Source of the DNA: Terriglobia bacterium | GTDB lineage: Bacteria; Acidobacteriota; Terriglobia; 20CM-2-55-15 | Assembly: GCA_965218585.1 (NCBI GenBank) | Contig: CBDCLE010000005.1 | Location: 32,001-96,000, forward strand | Reading direction: 5' to 3' | Length of the DNA: 64,000 nt | Shown here: positions 39,536-48,587 of the stretch, piece by piece | Numbering within the stretch: position 1 is the first letter of the stretch | How the letters are laid out: every line of letters begins with the position of its first letter | The notes under the pieces: model-generated | The model's database searches: none | What the model saw: the letters and a program-made list of their open reading frames with translations, nothing else | What the model was told of the DNA's origin: nothing | Position numbers and translations under genes: made by a program

Positions 39536-40765
39536 ATGAATACAGAGAGCGCGACGGCAGCGTACGTCAGCAGGCAGCCGATATACCGCAAACACATGGA
39601 CGTGTACGGTTATGAGTTGTTGTTTCGTGACAGCGCGACCGACCGGGCCAATGTGGTTGACGGAGACAGCGCCACCGCTCAGGTCATTCTCAACTTCATC
39701 GAATTCGGGTTCGACGAGATCATTGGAGAGCACCTGGGGTTTGTCAACCTGACCGACAACTTCATCCTCGAAGGGCATTGCAGGTCCCTGCCGAAGGACC
39801 GCGTGGTTCTGGAAGTTCTGGAAGACGTCACCGCGGCCCCCGAAATCGTCAAGGCGCTTCGCAAACTCAAGGACCAAGGCTACATCATCGCCCTGGACGA
39901 CTTTGTCTACGATGAGAGCCTCCGCCCCCTGGTCGAGTTGGCCAACATCATCAAAGTGGACGTGATGGCCACCGATCGGGCCGGTCTCGAGGAACAAGTC
40001 CCCCTGCTTCAGAAGTTCAATGTCCGGCTGCTGGCCGAGAAAGTAGAATCCCAGGACGAGTTCGATTTCTGCAGCGCTCTGGGCTTTGATTATTTCCAAG
40101 GCTACTTCTTCTGCAAGCCCAAGCTGATCGAAGGCAAACAGATTCCAACGAATCGCCTGGCCGCGACCCGACTGGTGTCAAAACTACAGTCACCCGATAT
40201 CAAGGGCGACGAACTTGAAGAAACGATCCGGCAAGACGTCACGCTCAGCTACAAACTCCTGCGTTTCGTGAACTCGGCCTATTGCGCGCTTCCCCGCCAC
40301 GTGGATTCGATAGGACATGCGGCCATGCTGATCGGCGTGTCCCGGCTCCGCACCTGGGCCAGCCTGCTGATGCTGGCGTCGATGGATGACAAGCCACGGG
40401 AACTGATGGTGACGGGCATTGTCCGGGCCAAGATGTGTGAGGAGCTTGCCGCGGCGAATGGTTTTTCTACGTCGGAAAGGTTCTTTACCGTCGGACTGTT
40501 TTCTGTTCTGGACGCCATGCTGGACACTCGCATGGAAGACATCCTCGAAAAGCTGCCGCTCTCGGAAGAAATCTCTCAGGCGCTGATTACCCACGAAGAG
40601 CTTCTGGGAAACATGCTCGACTTCACGATCGCTTACGAACAAGGCGACTGGGAACGTCTTGCCGAGGTGGGCAGCGCCCTCAAACTCGATCCTCCCGCCA
40701 TACGCAGCGCCTACATGAATGCCGTCAAGTGGACGATGGAAATCACGAACGAACTGAATATCTGA
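39536..40765 (+). CDS. EAL and HDOD domain protein (YuxH/PdeH-like c-di-GMP phosphodiesterase)
   Basis: RQPI..YELLFR, IALDDF, IIKVD, LAEKVE and FQGYFFCKP, plus HDOD LSYKLLRFVNS and FTVGLFSVLDA. Start at 39494 or 39536. Confidence 0.9.
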   Translation: MNTESATAAYVSRQPIYRKHMDVYGYELLFRDSATDRANVVDGDSATAQVILNFIEFGFDEIIGEHLGFVNLTDNFILEGHCRSLPKDRVVLEVLEDVTAAPEIVKALRKLKDQGYIIALDDFVYDESLRPLVELANIIKVDVMATDRAGLEEQVPLLQKFNVRLLAEKVESQDEFDFCSALGFDYFQGYFFCKPKLIEGKQIPTNRLAATRLVSKLQSPDIKGDELEETIRQDVTLSYKLLRFVNSAYCALPRHVDSIGHAAMLIGVSRLRTWASLLMLASMDDKPRELMVTGIVRAKMCEELAAANGFSTSERFFTVGLFSVLDAMLDTRMEDILEKLPLSEEISQALITHEELLGNMLDFTIAYEQGDWERLAEVGSALKLDPPAIRSAYMNAVKWTMEITNELNI

Positions 40766-40849
40766 TCGCAGCCCGAACCAGCAGTTTTCTCCGCCGAAAC
40801 ACCCAGAACTTTCAACACGAAGGCCACGAAGCCTCTGAACCTAGCCCTC

Positions 40850-40970
40850 GCTCAATCAGTCATCTTGACCGAACGACCCTCCCCGATTGAGACGCAGACT
40901 TGCAGCGGCCGCTCAATCGGTCATCCTGACCGAGCGGCCTCGCCGCCCGCAGTCTCCTGACTGCGGGCCC
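40850..40970 (-). repeat. Structured intergenic repeat family, copy 5 (divergent, partly duplicated)
   Basis: GCCCGCAGTC/GACTGCGGGC hairpin (a compensated variant of the CTCGCAATC hairpin) plus two GCTCAATCRGTCATCYTGACCGA units. Confidence 0.65.
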
Positions 40971-41121
40971 AATCGGGAGCGCGAACTAGGCTGGATTTTC
41001 AGGGCCGGTGGAGGCGCCTCTGAAACAAGGAGTGTGAAGTGAGGACGATCGAGGCGTATTGAAATACGTCAAGGAGACCGAGCGAGGCACGACGCAGTAT
41101 CAGAGGATGGATCCGCCGGTC

Positions 41122-41682
41122 TTAGGACGCAAGGCCGATGGGCTCCATAGCCATAGCCGCAAACTTCTCCAAAGGCGAGAACATCAGACGGACACGGCTG
41201 CCTCTCAATCTGGCTCCACGATCCACGATGTCCGACATCAGGGTCAAGAGGCAATCGTCCCTCAAGTTCATGTCCTGGAGCGTGAGGGCCTCAGCGATTG
41301 AGCGGGAGATCGCAAGAGCGTTTCCGTCCCAATAGTGTAAATGCTGCTCCGAAGCAGGGTCCGAACCCAGAATGGGAGAGGCCATGTCCAGAGCAAATCC
41401 CGGACTGACTAACTTCTCATCATCCATCCAGAACACAATGGCCCGGGTCTCGGACGGAATTGCCTTCCAAATCGCCTGCATTGACACTGAATCTAGAGTC
41501 TGGAGAGACACATTGGGCTGGGAGAAGGAGAACATCTCAGCGGCACGCTGGACCTCGGCATTCCCGACGGCGATCAGCTCAAGATGCTGCCCGTCGATCG
41601 ACCCAATCGTCTCCAGTCGCTGGGAGGGGTCCTGTCCGGCATATATCCAGACAAGGGCTACTCTTTGATCGGTTCGGTCCAT
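41122..41682 (-). CDS. Hypothetical protein, weakly GT-A-like
   Basis: 186-aa ORF with SD GGGGAC and a hydrophobic strand followed by MDDE. Divergent from the glycosyltransferase gene. Confidence 0.5.
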   Translation of the reverse strand: MDRTDQRVALVWIYAGQDPSQRLETIGSIDGQHLELIAVGNAEVQRAAEMFSFSQPNVSLQTLDSVSMQAIWKAIPSETRAIVFWMDDEKLVSPGFALDMASPILGSDPASEQHLHYWDGNALAISRSIAEALTLQDMNLRDDCLLTLMSDIVDRGARLRGSRVRLMFSPLEKFAAMAMEPIGLAS

Positions 41683-41781
41683 GTTCTGTCCCCCACGAGC
41701 GCTATGTCACACAGCACGCTCCCCTTACTCATCGGCGGGAGGGCCCGATGCATGTAGTGAAAATATGCTATTCTCGGCCGG

Positions 41782-42876
41782 ATGGAGCGGTTGCTGATAC
41801 TGTCGTCTGATACTGGTGAGGGGCACAACTCGGCGGCGCGGGCACTTGCCGAAACAGCCATAGCTCGAGGATGGCAGGCCTCGGTACGCAAACCCCTTGA
41901 AGAGTCTGCCACTACATATCGCTCATTAGGAAGTATTTACAACTTTCTATTGACCCATCACCCCGCATGGGTCGGCATGTTCGCCAAGTCCATAGAACTG
42001 ATCAAGGCGAATGAGGCGGACGTCTTTTACAGGCGGGTCCGAACCTATATCCAACGGTTCATCGAATCAGAAAAACCACGTGCAATTCTTTCGGTCCATC
42101 CCATGCTGAACCACATGATTCAGCGATGGATAGCCGAAAAGGGACTCCGGATTCCCTGCTACACCTTCGTGACCGACCCGTTCCCTCCTTTCTGGAAGGG
42201 TTGGGCCTCAGGGTACGTCACGCGATACTTCGTCCTCACTGAAGAGGCGGGAACGCGACTGGAAGACGATGGCGTCGCCTCCGACAGGATCGAGCGGGTT
42301 TCGATGCCCCTCGGTCCAGGTTTTCGCCCGCACGGACCAGAGGAAGTCGCCGAATTGAAATCAAGGCTGGATGTCGAGGGCGAGACAATTCTTGTGAACG
42401 GCGGCGCCCGTGGAGGCGGCCCTCTCCGTAGGCTCGTTCAGGCTGTCCTTGAGGCAGCACCCACCGCTAATATCCTTGTCGTGTGCGGCCATAATGACCG
42501 AGTCCGGAGGAGTCTGGACAGTCTCAAGGAGCAGCGGCTCAAGACATTCGGTTTCGTCACCGACATCCACAGGATGATCGGTGCTGCGGATCTGGTCATA
42601 ACGAAACCTGGCGCCTTGTCTACCTACGAAGCCCTCGCATCAACAGTCCCGTCAGTCCTCACGGCCATGGGCGGTCTGATGCCTCAGGAATCGGGCCTGT
42701 TTCGGGCCGCAAGTGATCAGGGTTTCGGATTTGCAGTCCGGACAATGGATGAACTCAGCGCTGTCGTGGACCAGGGCGTCGCCGGATGGAGGGCCAAGCA
42801 CGACGCGATCGTTCGATTCTACAGCCACGGGTCTGCTCCCGAACTGATTGACAGAATCCAACCCTCTCATGGCTAA
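41782..42876 (+). CDS. MGDG synthase/UgtP-like glycosyltransferase (GT28)
   Basis: SSDTGEGHNSAARAL, SVHP, FVTD, VVCGHN and DLVITKPG. Confidence 0.85.
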   Translation: MERLLILSSDTGEGHNSAARALAETAIARGWQASVRKPLEESATTYRSLGSIYNFLLTHHPAWVGMFAKSIELIKANEADVFYRRVRTYIQRFIESEKPRAILSVHPMLNHMIQRWIAEKGLRIPCYTFVTDPFPPFWKGWASGYVTRYFVLTEEAGTRLEDDGVASDRIERVSMPLGPGFRPHGPEEVAELKSRLDVEGETILVNGGARGGGPLRRLVQAVLEAAPTANILVVCGHNDRVRRSLDSLKEQRLKTFGFVTDIHRMIGAADLVITKPGALSTYEALASTVPSVLTAMGGLMPQESGLFRAASDQGFGFAVRTMDELSAVVDQGVAGWRAKHDAIVRFYSHGSAPELIDRIQPSHG

Positions 42877-44008
42877 TCGGATTCTCCTGACCGGTGGCAC
42901 CGGATTTCTCGGAAGCCACCTATGCCACGCACTGCTCGGACAAGGTCATAGTGTCATCGCGCTTACGCGCGGATCCAAGTCCGGGAGCCCGACAGACCGC
43001 ATTCTCGAAGTCGTTGGACGTGTTCGCTCCGACCCGGACCAGCTGAAAGACCTGACCGGGAATCTTGAAGTGTTCGAAGGCGATATTTCGTTGCCACGTT
43101 TGGGGTTGTCTGAATCCGAATACGACAGATTGAAACAGGTCGATGAGATCTGGCACAGCGCGGCATCTCTATCCTTTGTCGAAGAAGACCGCGACGGGAT
43201 CTTTGAAATGAATGTGGGCGGAACGAAAAACATCATCGAACTGGTGGCCGAAACTCCAAACCGCCGCCTGCACCATGTCAGCACCGCGTATGTTGCAGGC
43301 CATCGAACCGACAGGGTAATGGAAGACGAGGTCGATGTCGGACAGAACTTCAAAAACCCGTACGAAGAATCCAAGTGCCAGGCTGAGTTGTTGGTCTCCG
43401 CCGCCCATCGGCAGAGGCAGATCCGCGCATCGGTCTATCGCCCGAGCATCATCATTGGCGACTCGGAAACGGGCAGGGCAACACATTTCCACGGCGTCTA
43501 TGCCTTCATCCGCGGGCTCTGGTCCGCAACACGAAGACTTCGACGCGGACAGTCCGAATCTACTATCGTTGACCTTCCGTTGCGGGTCCGGGGCTCGGAA
43601 TCCACAACACTTAACTTTGTTCCCATCGACTACGTGACCGATGCAATGCTCGAATTAGCGACAAAGGACTCGGGCGAGGGAAGGACCTATCACCTGGCGA
43701 ATCCGATACCCACCGAAAACCACCTCTGGCTGAACATCGTGTGTGACCAGCTGCGGGTCCGAGGAATCCGGTTGGTAGAGGAAGAGCTGTTCGAGAGCGA
43801 TCCCATGACACGATTGGAAACCATCTTCCATAAACAGATGGCGTTCTACCATCAGTACCTCGGAGAGGAACCCGTCTTCGACTGCAGCCACGTTCTTGAT
43901 GGACTGAGGGACACATCGATACGTTGTCCGGAAGTGACCCCGGAATTTGCCCGAAAAATGACGGGATGGTACATCGACAGGCTGAACAGGGATGGAGCTT
44001 CTGGCTAA
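42869..44008 (+). CDS. Extended SDR (thioester/fatty acyl-CoA reductase, NAD_binding_4-like)
   Basis: LTGGTGFLG, WHSAA, NVGGT, HVSTAYVAG, YEESK (YxxxK), YRPSIIIGDS and NFVPIDYV. Overlaps the GT28 stop. Confidence 0.85.
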   Translation: MANRILLTGGTGFLGSHLCHALLGQGHSVIALTRGSKSGSPTDRILEVVGRVRSDPDQLKDLTGNLEVFEGDISLPRLGLSESEYDRLKQVDEIWHSAASLSFVEEDRDGIFEMNVGGTKNIIELVAETPNRRLHHVSTAYVAGHRTDRVMEDEVDVGQNFKNPYEESKCQAELLVSAAHRQRQIRASVYRPSIIIGDSETGRATHFHGVYAFIRGLWSATRRLRRGQSESTIVDLPLRVRGSESTTLNFVPIDYVTDAMLELATKDSGEGRTYHLANPIPTENHLWLNIVCDQLRVRGIRLVEEELFESDPMTRLETIFHKQMAFYHQYLGEEPVFDCSHVLDGLRDTSIRCPEVTPEFARKMTGWYIDRLNRDGASG

Positions 44009-44015
44009 CTCTTAT

Positions 44016-44082
44016 CTGTAGGTGCGGTCTGTGACCGCACGTCTTAACAACGTGTTTGTGCGGTCATAGACCGCACCTACAG
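44016..44082. repeat. GTAG-family REP doublet (REPIN-like)
   Basis: CTGTAG-GTGCGGTC-TGT-GACCGCAC, a 17-nt spacer, then an inverted copy GTGCGGTC-ATA-GACCGCAC-CTACAG, between convergent genes. Confidence 0.85.
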
Positions 44083-45174
44083 TAGGAGCGTCAGAAAATC
44101 CAGATAATCCAAACCCAGTCTGGCCGGCGTGAACTCCGTGAGGAAACGCTCGGCTGCGGACTGCCCCAAGGCGTATCTGTAATCCTCGTCCTCGATAACA
44201 TGACGGACCATGTCTACGAGCTCTCTGAAACCCGACGCAACCATCTCCTCGGTCCCCACAAGCTCCGCACCGCGGTTGTGCCTCGAACCCGGCGCGTAGC
44301 TCCTGACAACAGCGGGTTTGCCCGCACCCATCGCCTCGACTATCGATTGAGCATCCGCATCGGGAAAGGACGCAATGTAGGCATCGATCATGGGCAGGTA
44401 CGTGACCGCGTCCGTCGACTGCCCTAAAAACCTCACCTGCCTCAGCACGTCGCACGAATGGAGGTAGGACCGGACGCTCCTTCGATCACCCGAACCGACA
44501 AACATGTGCATGTGAGTCGGAGACCGCCTGAGAATCGCGACAATGGCCTCCAGATACTCCTGGTCCGGACCGGTTCGTCCCTCGCTAAAAGTAGCTGAAA
44601 CCGTTTTGAAATCTCCCATTTCGCCGCGGCGACCATCGAGGAAGCCCGCGGCCTCGAGCCTGGACCGCACATCGGAAACGGGTGGGATCCGTCGGCTCAG
44701 CCGATCTTCGAACCGCGTCCCTTCCAAACCATCCCTGAACAGATGCACTGCTCCGTCGAATAGATCGGCATCCATCTCGAGGTCATGATTGACATTGACC
44801 TGCAAGGGAGCTGGCCGGAGTGCAGCCACTCGCGTCGTGATCTGCTCTCCCAGATCAGAGTGGTAGAGAACCTGGGACCATCCTTCGAAGATGACACCGA
44901 TCTGACGTGATCGCTCCGGGTCCAGGCCCACGTACAGCGCCCTCTAGAAGTAGTCCAGAGCAGAAGCCGGATCGATGGTGAGCAGCTCTTGTCCTATATC
45001 AAACGCAGCGTCGGCAAGACGCGTGGGCTGGCCCGAATGGAATAAGGCCAGAGTGTACGTGTGGTTCAGGATGTCGGACGTGAGACCGGATTCGTAAACG
45101 GAGGGCTCAAGCAACTCGGCGGCGCGGGCATAGTCCTTCGCTTCAAATGCCCGGAATGCCGCTTCGTATTTCAC
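44077..45174 (-). pseudogene. TPR-like N-terminus plus GT-B (GT41/OGT-like C-terminal) protein with an in-frame TAG at 44944-44946
   Basis: ORFs 44944..45174 and 44077..44931 share a frame (ALDYF*RALYVG). The C-terminus IDAYIASFP..SIVEAMGAGKPAVV..EMVAS resembles GT41/GT4 nucleotide-binding domains. Confidence 0.6.
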
Positions 45175-45274
45175 GACTTTCTAGGTGTCATCCCCTCTTC
45201 GGGAACGCATACAGTATCCCTCCCTTCGACGGGACGGTTCGCTACCGGAAGCCTGGATGGTTATAATCTTCAGC

Positions 45275-45372
45275 GGGAGTGAGTAGGGTCCGGTGACTCT
45301 CCTGGCCTTCAAAGCCAGTGGGATGTCGGGGAACCGGCGTCCGGTGGGTTCGACTCCCACGCACTTCCGCCA
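45275..45372 (+). tRNA. selC: tRNA-Sec (anticodon TCA)
   Basis: 6-bp D stem AGGGTC/GACTCT, anticodon arm CTGGC-CTTCAAA-GCCAG, 9-bp variable arm, T arm GTGGG-TTCGACT-CCCAC and a 3' GCCA. TATAAT lies at 45262-45267. Confidence 0.93.
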
Positions 45373-45388
45373 GGATCGTCGACCCTCG

Positions 45389-45736
45389 CTATCCTTTTAG
45401 GGAAGCGAGGGCGTCGGCCTCCTCGTCAAATGTGTCGAAGACCGTCAGAAGTTTCGTCATCTGCAACAGATCTTTGGCTTTAGCCGACAGCTTGAGAAGC
45501 TTGACGTCACCTTCCTTGTTCCTGACAGTGGTGTAGATCGAAACAAGTTCCCCAAGCCCTGAACTGTCGATGTAGCCAACATCCCCCAGGTTCAGCACGA
45601 ACTTCAAGTCACCATCATCGATCGACCCGCGAACGCTGTCCCGAAGCAAGAGTACCGGCTCTCCAATTGTCAGTCGCCCGGACAGGTCCAGGACGGTTAC
45701 CCCATCCTCCTTGCGGGTTTTTATCGATAAGCTCAT
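45389..45736 (-). CDS. Anti-sigma factor antagonist (STAS domain)
   Basis: VLDLSGRL and YIDSSGLGELV (phosphorylatable Ser), with SD GGAGG. Confidence 0.92.
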   Translation of the reverse strand: MSLSIKTRKEDGVTVLDLSGRLTIGEPVLLLRDSVRGSIDDGDLKFVLNLGDVGYIDSSGLGELVSIYTTVRNKEGDVKLLKLSAKAKDLLQMTKLLTVFDTFDEEADALASLKG

Positions 45737-46072
45737 TCAGCCTCCTTCAAATCTATGTAGTGCAGTCAGTTCCCCGTCCCATACATGACGAGCCCAACGC
45801 CGCGTAGGTTAACTTCAGCGATCCACAGTTTCAAGAGTGTTTTCTACAAGAAAGATAACTGTTCCTGTCTCGCGGGCTCGAACAAGGCCAATCTGCGCCA
45901 CATTCGTCTCACCTTAAATCGTCAAAATCAAGGGGACAGACTACTGATTCCTCCAATCCACAACTGTTAACATTCTTGAAGTTAATTCGCGGATGGGCCC
46001 TCGGTCCCCTTAGTAATGGACATTCAAAAGCGGGAATAGTAGTTTGGAGTGATCTGTCAGGAGGAAGACTCA

Positions 46073-46957
46073 ATGCACACATGGCTCGCCTACGGTCTGA
46101 TGGCTCTGCTGTTACAGCAACCCACCAGCACAGAAGCCCGGATTATCGATTATCTGCGGGAGAACCTGCAACCTGGTCAGGGCATCGACATCTCTGAACT
46201 GGTTAACAACGTGTTCACGACACCCGAAGAACAGCAGGCCCTGAGCGGCCTCTACAACACGTTCTTCAAGGTTCCGACGTTCCTGGCGCAGTTCCAGATA
46301 AGCACCGGCGAGATCCCATCCCTCCAGGAAATTTCTGAACAATTCAGCCTCGTCGGCATTCCGGGAGCGGCGGATGTGATGCTTCGGGTCATGGAAGCCG
46401 ATCCAAGGATTCCCAAGTTTTTCGAACGGGATCTGAACACAGGCGAGATCCTCAGCATGGACGTCACACCGATTCTGAATCATCCACAATTCGGTAGAGC
46501 GCTGGAGCGCACGATAGCCGGCTGGGAAGGCCAGCAGATACCCGCGTTCACCATGGAGAGTTTTTCCGGTGAGACGATCACTTCAGACATCGTCGCGGGC
46601 ACGCCGCACATGGTCTATGTCTGGTTCACCAACTGCCCGCCATGCGTACAGACGGCTCCGCTGCTGGTCGAACTCGACGCGCAGTTCACCGATTCGGAAT
46701 TCAAGATCATAGGATCAAACGCCGATCGTTACCTGGAACTCCCCTATGACGATCAGACACGAGCCGATTATGTGGAAAGACTAGGTATCGAGTTCACGAA
46801 TGGACATCTGGACGAGGAAATGCAGGGCACCTATGGAGGTGTGAGCGTTTTTCCAACGATGTTCTTCGTTGACAGGAACGGCACGGTCGTGAGGCACTTC
46901 GTCAACTTCCAGGAAAAGGACGTTTTAGAAGAAGCTATTCGCGCGTCAATGGAGTGA
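46073..46957 (+). CDS. Exported TlpA/ResA-like thiol-disulfide oxidoreductase with an N-terminal extension
   Basis: Signal-like N-terminus, WFTNCPPC and FPTMFFVDRNGTV. SD AGGAGG precedes ATG 46073. Confidence 0.8.
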   Translation: MHTWLAYGLMALLLQQPTSTEARIIDYLRENLQPGQGIDISELVNNVFTTPEEQQALSGLYNTFFKVPTFLAQFQISTGEIPSLQEISEQFSLVGIPGAADVMLRVMEADPRIPKFFERDLNTGEILSMDVTPILNHPQFGRALERTIAGWEGQQIPAFTMESFSGETITSDIVAGTPHMVYVWFTNCPPCVQTAPLLVELDAQFTDSEFKIIGSNADRYLELPYDDQTRADYVERLGIEFTNGHLDEEMQGTYGGVSVFPTMFFVDRNGTVVRHFVNFQEKDVLEEAIRASME

Positions 46958-47032
46958 CGCTCGGAGGGCTGTCAGCACTCAGGCATTGGCTTTCGATTGA
47001 GCGGGAAAGGGCGGATCTTTTTTTCGCCCCCC

Positions 47033-47275
47033 TTATTCTGCAGAAATGGCGATTTCGCTTAACCGGGGAGGTAATTCCCCGGGATATCCTTCCAGAGTAC
47101 GATTCTCCTCGTAGTACCGGCCCGCATCGTTGAGTTCCGCCCGGCCAAGCCCCGTGTGACAGGTGACGCAGCTGCGGTCTTCAAGTTCGGCGATCTCGAT
47201 AGTAGCTGACGCACCGGGCGCGAACCCCGCAACGGCGACACCCGCAATGGCTACTGCCAGTAAGAATTCCTTCAA
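47033..47275 (-). CDS. Small exported mono-haem c-type cytochrome-like protein
   Basis: Signal peptide (KEFLLAVAIAGVAVAGFAPGASA) and a CVTCH haem motif. TTG start follows GGAG. Confidence 0.7.
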   Translation of the reverse strand: MKEFLLAVAIAGVAVAGFAPGASATIEIAELEDRSCVTCHTGLGRAELNDAGRYYEENRTLEGYPGELPPRLSEIAISAE

Positions 47276-47415
47276 GAAATCTTCTCCCGAAGTATGTCTA
47301 ATCCTGACCAAGCTTGACGATCCGATACAGGCAATCAGCTTTCGACTTGATCCCGAAAGCGTTAAGAAATCCTCCTGTGTTTAAGGGGTCAAGCTCCTGA
47401 TGAACGAGCCAATTC

Positions 47416-48507
47416 TTGTGCTACGATACCACAACAATGTTCCCTGCATTTAGACGTGCACCTGAAGGCGTTGTGAGCATGTCAGCCGGTATTCTGGCCA
47501 CCCTGACTACCGGCACCCTGGTCATGACGTCCCCGCTCGCGCATGCCCAGGAGTTCACGCTGAGCGTCGACGTCCCAGTCGTCAGCCTCGACGTTTCAGT
47601 GACCGACGAAGCTGGACATCCCGTACACGGACTGAGGGCTGAAGACTTTGAAGTCCTCGAAAACGGAGGGCCACAACAAGTCCGCTACTTTGGCGCGAGC
47701 ACCGCGCCCTACCATGTGTATCTCCTGTTCGACAGCTCTGGAAGTACCAGGCACAAGTGGGACTTCATGCGCCGCGCCGCAGCTGGGTTCGTCGAGTTCA
47801 TCAAACCCCAGGATCGTGTTTCGATTGGTATCTTCGACGCTCGCCTCAAGACGCTTACCGAGTGGGACGACTCCAGGGAAGAAACCCTGGAAGCGCTCCA
47901 TCCCCTGACGAGTGGGTGGAGATCAGCGGGCACGACTGAATTCTATAGATCCGTCGAGCGCGCGATCGAAAGATCCTTTAACGGCATCCGGGAACGCCGC
48001 GCAATCATCGTTCTGACTGATGGCCGGGACACATCTCTCTATAGAGAAATCATTCGACACAACCGTGTGATGGAACCTGAGGACGATCGTAGATTCAACG
48101 GCCTGTATCGGAAGGCAGCGGAGAGGGGAATTCCTGTTTATTTCATCGCCGTCAACACCGACCTCAATCTCGACGGAAACACGGAAGGGGCGGATGAACA
48201 CCGGAACCTCGAAATCATTTACAAAGAATCTCCTCTCCCGGCACAGTACCTGGAACAAGTCCGGATTCGGATGGAAAGGGTTGCGGAGGTCTCCGGGGGA
48301 CGGGTCTTATTTCCGGAAACGCTGGACGATATCATCCCCCTGTTCGAACAGATCGGTAAGACACTGGGCAGTAGCTATAGCGTGGGGTACATTCCGGAAA
48401 TAGAGGGACCGGACCAGTCACTGCGGCGAATAGTGGTCAAAGCGGGAGAAGAGGCCTACACAATTCGACAGTCCCGAGCCGGATACTACGTCACTCCCCC
48501 GCAGTAG
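47416..48507 (+). CDS. VWA domain protein (Acidobacteria VWFA-related type)
   Basis: VSLDVSVTD..GLRAEDFEVLENG, MIDAS DSSGS, VLTDGRD, SGGR and YSVGY...RAGYY. Start uncertain. Confidence 0.85.
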   Translation: MCYDTTTMFPAFRRAPEGVVSMSAGILATLTTGTLVMTSPLAHAQEFTLSVDVPVVSLDVSVTDEAGHPVHGLRAEDFEVLENGGPQQVRYFGASTAPYHVYLLFDSSGSTRHKWDFMRRAAAGFVEFIKPQDRVSIGIFDARLKTLTEWDDSREETLEALHPLTSGWRSAGTTEFYRSVERAIERSFNGIRERRAIIVLTDGRDTSLYREIIRHNRVMEPEDDRRFNGLYRKAAERGIPVYFIAVNTDLNLDGNTEGADEHRNLEIIYKESPLPAQYLEQVRIRMERVAEVSGGRVLFPETLDDIIPLFEQIGKTLGSSYSVGYIPEIEGPDQSLRRIVVKAGEEAYTIRQSRAGYYVTPPQ

Positions 48508-48521
48508 CTGATCCAAGAGCC

Positions 48522-48562
48522 AAAAATAAACGGGGGTAAACCTTCCGGCTCACCCCCCGTTT
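48522..48562 (-). terminator. Rho-independent terminator downstream of the OmpA-family gene
   Basis: Minus strand reads AAACGGGGGGTGAGCC-GGAA-GGTTTACCCCCGTTT followed by ATTTTT. Confidence 0.65.
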
Positions 48563-48587
48563 GGGCCTCAATTTACTGTCGCTATCT

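Noticed and set aside
490-40970. Hairpin repeats as a CRISPR array
   Set aside because: The copies are dispersed and divergent, with no regular repeat-spacer periodicity and no cas genes.
26275-44946. Amber recoding or pyrrolysine as the explanation for two in-frame TAGs
   Set aside because: TAG is the normal stop of trxA, nrdJ, pilC and others here. The two sites imply different residues (W/Y vs Q), and no pyl genes are visible.
45389-47311. Selenoprotein genes next to selC
   Set aside because: The TlpA CPPC and cytochrome CVTCH motifs use Cys codons, and I saw no in-frame TGA in a redox motif.
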